Assembly (NCBI RefSeq): GCF_963506605.1
Contig: NC_083281.1
Location: forward strand, 60,388,001 to 60,452,000
From: Zootoca vivipara
Taxonomy: Eukaryota
DNA length: 64,000 bases
Reading direction: 5' to 3'
This document shows, piece after piece, positions 56,705 to 64,000 of this stretch (its first letter is position 1; the number at the start of each line of letters is the position of its first letter). Below the pieces are notes generated by a model. It had not been told where the DNA came from, searched no databases, and saw nothing but the letters and a program-made list of their open reading frames with translations. Position numbers and translations under genes: made by a program.

Positions 56705-58899
56705 ATGTATGTACAGAATGTATATATATATGCGCATGCAAAGCGTAATGTAACCGCAATCAGAAGGTAGGTGATAATGGCCAAGTGATAGGAAAGGGAA
56801 TTGAAGTGTATTGATTCATTTCAGCCATTTCTACCCTGCCTTTTAGAGGATAAACCCTCATGGCTTTTAAAGGATGTTGCCCTGGTGTACAGAGGAATGC
56901 TACTGTCTGGCCTGACTGCTGGAGATTTTGGCAGGAAAAAAGTGTTCTCAAGATCATTACTGGCTCATCAGTGAGAATTTGGCTATTCCCTTTCTCTCAT
57001 CCATCCCAAACCGTTGGCACTCACACACTTCCCCGATTGTCCTCTTGCTTTTTTCAAGCACTGATTAAGTTTCCAGCAGAGTTGCTGCACAGAGCTCTTG
57101 TGTACAAACTGACAGCTGGTATTGCAGTGGAATGACAAGTGCCACTGACAATGGAACTCGCCCCATCTTCTGCATTACTTGTTCAATTATTATCTTCACT
57201 CTCTCCACCATCTGTACGCCAGCCTCCTGCAACCTGGTGCCCTCCATATTTTTGCGACTGACTCCCCATATGCCTTACCACTGACCATGTTGGCTGAGGC
57301 TGATGGGAGCTGTGGTCCACAAGATCTCCTGTCCTCCAGACGGTGCTACTCTTTGGAGAAACTAACAAGGTGCATGGCTGGGGGGGGTAGTTTTGCCAAT
57401 TTCACCACATTGCCTTTTAAATATGTCTCTACATTCTCCACCACTAAAGTGAAAGTAAGTCCTTGTGAGAATATCTATATCAAAATATACACACTGTTTA
57501 GTATGCCAAGACTATTCCGATTTGGAATAGAGTTAGGAGATATTTGCTTCCTCTCTTCAGTCACATCCGGTTCATTGGTAGAGAATCAGCTTTGCATGCA
57601 GAAGTTCCAAGGTTCAACATCTCCAGGTAGGGATGGGAGAGACCCCTGCTTGAAACCCTGGAGAACTGCTGAATACTGTGGGACTCTGCCTGCCACCCTG
57701 AGCTCCCTGCCCTTTGGTTGCCACTCTGTGGCTTCTGCCTCCTTCCCTCCACATGTCTGGGAGCCAAAAAGGCAGCCAATCACCACAGCCACAGCTCAGG
57801 GAGAGAGGGTGGAAGCGAGCCACCCAGGGGACTAGAGCACATGAGCCAGGCAGGGACAGCCCCTGCCCCAAGAAAAGTTGTTGGGACTTCTTTGCCAACA
57901 CTTGCTACGTTCATGGCTTCTGAGTATGTGGCTGTCTTCTCTGAAAGAACTGCTGTTAGTGCATAACACCACAGACAACAATACATAGTTGTCAACCCAG
58001 TTCCTGAAATAAAAAGGTAAGTTGCTATGGGAGCACTTTAGAATCAAAAGCCCACAAATAGCTCTTAAAAATAACAATGTGAAAAGATCTAAGCCCAACA
58101 GAGGGAGACTCTCGGAGAGTTAACATATACCTGTTTGCCTGAGATAACAGACCCACCCACCAGATCACCAAGTGCTGAGAATGAGAGACTTGAGGGGGAT
58201 AGCTTTGCTTTTGCGCGTGGGGGAGGGGGGGTGCAGGAAGGCAAGTCCTTGGGAGAGAGTCCTGTCAGTGCCACAGCCTCAAGGTGGTAGTGGGGCACAC
58301 CGTAAGTGCTTCCAATGAAGGGGGGGGGAGAAGTGCTGGAATGATTATGTGGGTACTGTGGCTTTGCAGAGAAATAGGGAAAGGGACAGAATCATAGGGC
58401 AAAACAACGGGGCATCAGCGGCGTGGGTGCCCAATACATAAATCAGTGGGAGACGGTTGGAGTAACCCACATGAAAACCCTGTAGATCATGAATCATTAT
58501 TTCAAAAAGTGCCTCATCCACACTAATTCCCTGTTGGTCTGCTCCAAAAGCCCCGGGGTAGCTTCTTTGGACAGTATGCCAACATAAAGTGTGCCAGCCT
58601 TTAAGGTGCCACAAGGCGCTTCTCGTTCATGCCTAGTAGGTGCTGCACAGAAAATAAAGACACACATCGCTCCACCAGCAGGTCCAGTCTAAAAAAGGGA
58701 CCGGCACCAGAAGGGACCCGCTGGCTCAGAAGCTGCCACCATCACCCTGGCAGACTTTCGGGTGCCACAGGGCTGTTGGTCGCTGCTGCTGCTGCACTAG
58801 ACAAGGAGATTTGGAGCGGGGGCGGCAGTATGCCTACCACTTGGGGGATCCAAAGGGCTCGTATTTGGAGGGTGGGGGTCTGCAGAGCCTGAAAGAGCC

Positions 58900-59200
58900 C
58901 CCTCTCCCTGCTCGCAAGGCGAGGAAGGGAGCGCCTTTTCGTCCCGCTGGAACGTCATTGGGTGCTGAGTCAAACACGCCCGCCTCGCAAGTCTCCCCCG
59001 CACGCCCCCGCAAATCTGGCCGGTTGGGATTCGAACTCGCGTCCCGCTCACCTGCCAGCGCTCGCTCGCTAGCTCCTTGGCCCCCTTCTCTCGGTCTCTC
59101 GCTCTCTTTCTCTTTTGGGCTCGCTCCTATCACTTCCGGTTCTTCTTTGCCCCGCCCTTCCCGAGAGGAGATTACGTCAAGTCTCAGGAGCCGGCCGTTA
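58900..59200 (-). promoter_or_regulatory. SPATA2L proximal CpG promoter and non-coding exon 1 (donor after 59052)
   Basis: CpG-rich; minus-strand CAG|GTGAGC donor; ETS CACTTCCGG (~59131), GC-box CCCCGCCC and TTACGTCA CRE-like site. The SPATA2L coding exon has an acceptor 1 nt before its ATG, so an upstream exon is required. Confidence 0.7.
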
Positions 59201-59415
59201 ACCTTTTCCTTGCTGCACTGAAGGATTTGTTTTTTGTTTAATCTTAAAGGAACGGGTTTTTTTAAAAAAAGTTTTTAAAATCATAATTATAATAGCACAC
59301 AAAAAGAATCTTATAATATCATTGGCAGGTATTGCAAATAAATGTTTGTGTACAGTATTTCAGACAAATGTCCCAATTACCGTATATTTAATTTGTTTAT
59401 TGTTATCCATTTCTA

Positions 59416-60609
59416 CCGCACAATTGCGCTCATTTCACACGCTAGCAAGGTTATGCTTAAAATTCTACAAGGCAGGCTTAGGCAGTATGTGGACCGAGAA
59501 CTCCCAGAAGTGCAAGCTGGATTTCGAAAGGGCAGAGGAACCAGAGACCAAATAGCAAACATGCGCTGGATTATGGAGAAAGCTAGAGAGTTCCAGAAAA
59601 ACGTCTACTTCTGCTTCATTGACTATGCAAAAGCCTTTGACTGTGTCGACCACAGCAAACTATGGCAAGTTCTTAAAGAAATGGGAGTGCCTGATCACCT
59701 CATCTGTCTCCTGAGAAATCTCTATGTGGGACAAGAAGCTACAGTTAGAACTGGATATGGAACAACTGATTGGTTCAAAATTGGGAAAGGAGTACGACAA
59801 GGTTGTATATTGTCTCCCTGCTTATTTAACTTATATGCAGAATTCATCATGCGAAAGGCTGGACTAGATGAATCCCAAGCCGGAATTAAGATTGCCGGAA
59901 GAAATATCAACAACCTCAGATATGCAGATGACACAACCTTGATGGCAGAAAGCGAGGAGGAATTAAAGAACCTTTTAATGAGGGTGAAAGAGGAGAGCGC
60001 AAAATATGGTCTGAAGCTCAACATCAAAAAAACCAAGATCATGGCCACTGGTCCCATCACCTCCTGGCAAATAGAAGGGGAAGAAATGGAGGCAGTGAGA
60101 GATTTTACTTTCTTGGGCTCCTTGATCACTGCAGATGGTGACAGCAGTCACGAAATTAAAAGACGCCTGCTTCTTGGGAGAAAAGCAATGACAAACCTAG
60201 ACAGCATCTTAAAAAGCAGAGACATCACTTTGCCGACAAAGGTCCGTATAGTTAAAGCTATGGTTTTCCCAGTAGTGATGTATGGAAGTGAGAGCTGGAC
60301 CATAAAGAAGGCTGATCACCGAAGAATTGATGCTTTTGAATTGTGGTGCTGGAGGAGACTCTTGAGAGTCCCATGGACTGCTAGAAGATCAAACCTATCC
60401 ATTCTTAAGGAAATCAGCCCTGAGTGCTCCCTGGAAGGACAGATCGTGAAGCTGAGGCTCCAATACTTTGGCCACCTCATGAGAAGAGAAGAATCCTTGG
60501 AAAAGACCCTGATGTTGGGAAAGATTGAGGGCACTAGGAGAAGGGGACGACAGAGGACAAGATGGTTGGACAGTGTTCTCGAAGCTACGAACATGAGTTT
60601 GACCAAACT
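59416..60609 (+). mobile_element. RTE-BovB LINE fragment (complete RT domain, open frame), 12-bp TSD
   Basis: ORF 59342-60634 has YRTIALISHASK, QAGFR, FIDYAKAFD, GVRQGCILSP, YADD and QYFGHLMRR. TSD TATCCATTTCTA at 59404-59415 and 60611-60622. Confidence 0.95.
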
Positions 60610-61143
60610 CTATCCATTTCTAGAGGAGGGCTAAATCGGTTTTTTTTAAAGAGAGCTCATTACCTTCAGGTTTACAATCTAAGAAGGCATGACACAAAGG
60701 TGGAAAGGTGCATTTAGGTAACCCACCCCAAACAGTTTAGGGACCCAAAGATTAAAACCAGCATTTTGAACTGGACCTAGAAACACACTGGTAGCCAGAG
60801 CAATTGGTGCAGAAGTGTTGCATGATCAGACCATGTCTGGGTAACAGTCACATCTAGGGAATTAAAAACAGATCCCGGTAACTTAGCATGATTGTTCCAT
60901 GGGATACACCCCAAACAGCTATCAAATCGCAGATTACATCTACCACACAGACTAAGCTGTAAAAATCAGGCATAGATCCAAAGTGGGGATCCTCATGATT
61001 TCTACATTAAATCTTCCTAAAGTCACTATTAAAATGCACATAACATTGGTAGCCCGTGATCTGAACCACAGATGTCATAAATCCCATACTTCATGATGCC
61101 ACTATGCCATGGCATGAAAACATGGAGCAGGCCCCTGCAAGGA

Positions 61144-61617
61144 GGGACTTTTCAACCTTTTTGGGTCCACTGCTCCCTTGACCAACTACATTCTATCAGT
61201 GGCACCCCTGTGGGGCTCAGGAGACCAATTATGTCACCCCTTGCCTGAGCTGGCAGCCCCACACCCCTGCCTTGTGGAAGGTTCCCTCAGCCTCCTCTCT
61301 TCTCCCCTGTCCTTGGGAGTCATCTGCACAGCTGCAGCTGCCACCCCGGTCTCTGAGCTGCCCCGCCCCCCGCCCCAAAGAGAGGTGCCCCCTCACAATA
61401 ACCCACAGGGGCCTGGGAAGCACCCCCTGGCGAACTCCAGAGGCAACATTCACCTGGGGAGCTTGGAGCCAGAGCTGCTGCAACAAACAGTTGTGCAAGC
61501 ATTTAGGAGGCAGAGACGTGAGAGGGAATCAGAGGAAAGGGCCAGTGTTGCCCGCGGCACCCCTGACCATCATTCAAGGCATCCAAGGGTGCCATGGCAC
61601 ACCGGTTGAAAACCACT
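61144..61617. mobile_element. Probable hAT non-autonomous element
   Basis: Degenerate TIRs (..TTTTCAACC / GGTTGAAAACCACTG) resembling the 17037 element ends. Confidence 0.5.
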
Positions 61618-62567
61618 GATAGAGGCTAATGCATGCCCCAAGGCTTCTTCAGTCTTGAAGAATATCATAGCTAAGATCATAACAAAACATAGTGGCTGGC
61701 ATGGTGCAGCCTGATCCTAGGCACACTTACTTGGAAGAAAAGCCTGCTGTGTTTGGTTAGGCAGGGTAGTTACCTAAAAAGTGTGCATTTAAACCCATCC
61801 AGTTCTAGAAATCCAGCAACAGTTCCCAATAAAACCTCAACCCCTTGGTAGAACACCTGCCTTGCATGCCAAAGGTCCCAAGTTCCATCCCCAGCATCTC
61901 CAGGTAGGGCAGGGAAAGGTTCCCCAGTCTGGAATCTTGGGGAGTTGCTGCCAGTCAGTGTAGGCAGTATTGAGCTAGACGGACCAATGGGTCTGGACTC
62001 TGTATAAAGGCAGCTTCCTATGTTCCTGCCTGCCTTTCCATCACTGGGTCCTATGGTAGCAAAAGACAGCTTCTGTTTGTAAATGAAAAGACCTGCAGCA
62101 GAGGGCGCATTTGCATTGAGAAATAAGCTCTTTTTCCTGATGCAACTGGAAACCTCCAAGCTGTGAAAGAGTGAGGGAAAGCAATGCTGAGGAACAGGAC
62201 AGACAGTTCTGTCTTTCCTTACAGGGTTCTTCTAGAAATCCTGCCTTTATTACCTTTACAGTATTTTTATTACAATTATTTATTTCCTAGGTAAATGGAT
62301 TTTAGAATTGCTAAGCCTGATTTGTATTCAATTGATATTATTTTATTGTACAGTGCTTAAAACAAAAATTGTCATGAGGTGTCTTGCAGGCCTTGTTGTG
62401 AGAGCTAGTGTGGTATAATGGTTCAAGTGTAGGACTAGGACCTGGGCTGCCAGGGTTCAAATTCCTGCTCAGCCATTAAAGTCACTGGGTCACCCTGGGC
62501 CAGTCTAAACATACTTCACAAATAAAACGGGGAGAAAGCGGAGTGTGTGTGTGTGTGTGTGTGTGTG

Positions 62568-62601
<34 letters not shown>

Positions 62602-62879
62602 GGTCAGTCAGTCAGTCAGGATAAACAAAAATCGAATGAATAAATCTGGTGCATGTTTTCTCAGAAGTACAGAGTTCAATGGTGCTAAGTAGGTGTGTGT
62701 ACAGGGCTGCAGCCAGTGTGGAGAAAGTGTATGCAGATGTCTCCAAAAGTAATCCCTGTTGGAGTGTCCAAGGTGGCTCATTGGAACTGATAAGGTGGAA
62801 GACAGGGAGGAGGCAACACGAGGAGGATGAGGAAGCTGACAGACAGGGCCATCCTCAGGATGTTGTACGAAAGAAGACA

Positions 62880-63280
62880 GGCAGGTTTATGCAACTATGC
62901 ATGGCATGAAGAAAGTGAATAGAGGAAATTTTTGTTCCTACTAGAACCTGCGTACATCCATTGAAGCTGAGTGTTGGCAGATTCAGGAAGGATAAAAGAC
63001 TTCTTCATGCAATTAAGCTATGGAACTCGCAGCCACAAGAGCCAGTGATGGCCACTGACTTTGATGGCTTTAAAAGAGGATTGGACAATTACATGGACAA
63101 GGCTATCAATGACTACTAGCCATAAGGGGTATGCTCCACCTCCAATGTCAGAGGCAGTAATGCTTCTGAATACCAGCTGTTGGGGTTCTGCTTGAGGGTT
63201 TCCCACAGGCATCCCGCCGGCTACTGCGAGAATAAGATGCGGGGCTAGATGGCCTGAACCAGCAGACCCGTTTTATGTTC
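62880..63280 (+). mobile_element. Old CR1 LINE 3' fragment (similar remnants at ~2960-3130, 25790-26230, 31850-32020)
   Basis: CR1 3' motifs (GATTCAGGA..GATAAAAG, TATGGAACTC, GTGATGGCCAC, TTTAAAAGAGGATTGGAC). Confidence 0.6.
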
Positions 63281-63559
63281 AGGTGGGGACAACTGGACTC
63301 AAGGATATGTGCTTGGGAATTGCAGCCCAGTCCACTGCAGAGTGACCCCAAAACAAGCCTCTCTGACCTCCAGAGGTCTAAGGCTGTCCCACACTATGCA
63401 TTTAATGCCCTTTAAAGCACGTTGTTTCCGCCCAAAGAATCCTGGGAACTGTAGTTTGTTGAGAGTGCTGCGAACTGTAGCGCAGCGAGAGGCAAACTAC
63501 AATTCCCATGGTTCTTTTTTCCGGGGGACCATGTGCTTTGAAAGTGTTCTACCTGAATT

Positions 63560-64000
63560 ATTGTGGCTAAGACCTAATTAACGCGGGAGGGACTGCAGCA
63601 GTCCGCTCACCTCCCCCGGTGGCGCGGCTGCAACCTTTGCCGAGCTGCCCGCCCGCCTCCTGCACAGGCTTCCCCGGCCCCTCCTCTGAACCTTCTCACG
63701 TGGCAGCCACTGTGCCGCCTCCTTTCCCGGCCGCGGCTCCGAGTCTGCGCCCTTCCGCTCGCTCAGTTCGCAAGAGGAGGGAGAAGACGAGCAGCCGGAC
63801 GCACGGAGGGCGCTGTAGCAGGAGGTGAAGCGCAGGTGGGCGCAACCGACTTTCTGGGGGGTGGGGCGCAAACTGATACAGGGATTCGCGCTGGGAGAAC
63901 TCCCTTTGCAAATCGGGCGCTGCAGCGTACAGACCACTACGGGGCATATGCAGAGTGCCTTTGATTGCATACCGTGGAGTAGAGAGGTGAGAGGCGTCGT
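63560..64000 (-). promoter_or_regulatory. Second CpG island with minus-strand non-coding exon (donor after 63611)
   Basis: High CpG density; GAG|GTGAGC donor on the minus strand; no ATG in the ~220 nt upstream of the donor. Confidence 0.55.

Overview
Eukaryotic (vertebrate) genomic DNA, not microbial. Gene content and order match the human 16q24.3 block: DPEP1(+), CHMP1A(-), SPATA33(+), CDK10(+), SPATA2L(-). The repeat landscape (Sauria/Squam SINEs, RTE-BovB, CR1, L2, hAT and Tc1/mariner MITEs, Penelope termini) points to a squamate reptile, probably a lacertid lizard (inference). DPEP1, CHMP1A, CDK10 and SPATA2L reconstruct by hand into complete spliced ORFs with GT-AG introns; the SPATA33 5' end is tentative. 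I found no evidence of a new protein-coding system. The unusual signals are in the mobile DNA: (1) a ~1 kb nested palindrome inside a Tc1/mariner-type MITE; (2) an inverted Penelope terminus carrying minimal hammerhead-ribozyme motifs on both strands in CHMP1A intron 1; (3) a local duplication at SPATA2L that preserves the empty site of a tail-less BovB insertion with an intact RT-only ORF, and reveals 5-bp Tc1/mariner excision footprints; (4) a young truncated Gypsy element with a tRNA-Ser primer site and a frameshift at the RT active site; (5) two hAT elements stacked on one 8-bp target. There is one assembly gap (9776-9919). Family names and protein comparisons are from recall, not database searches.
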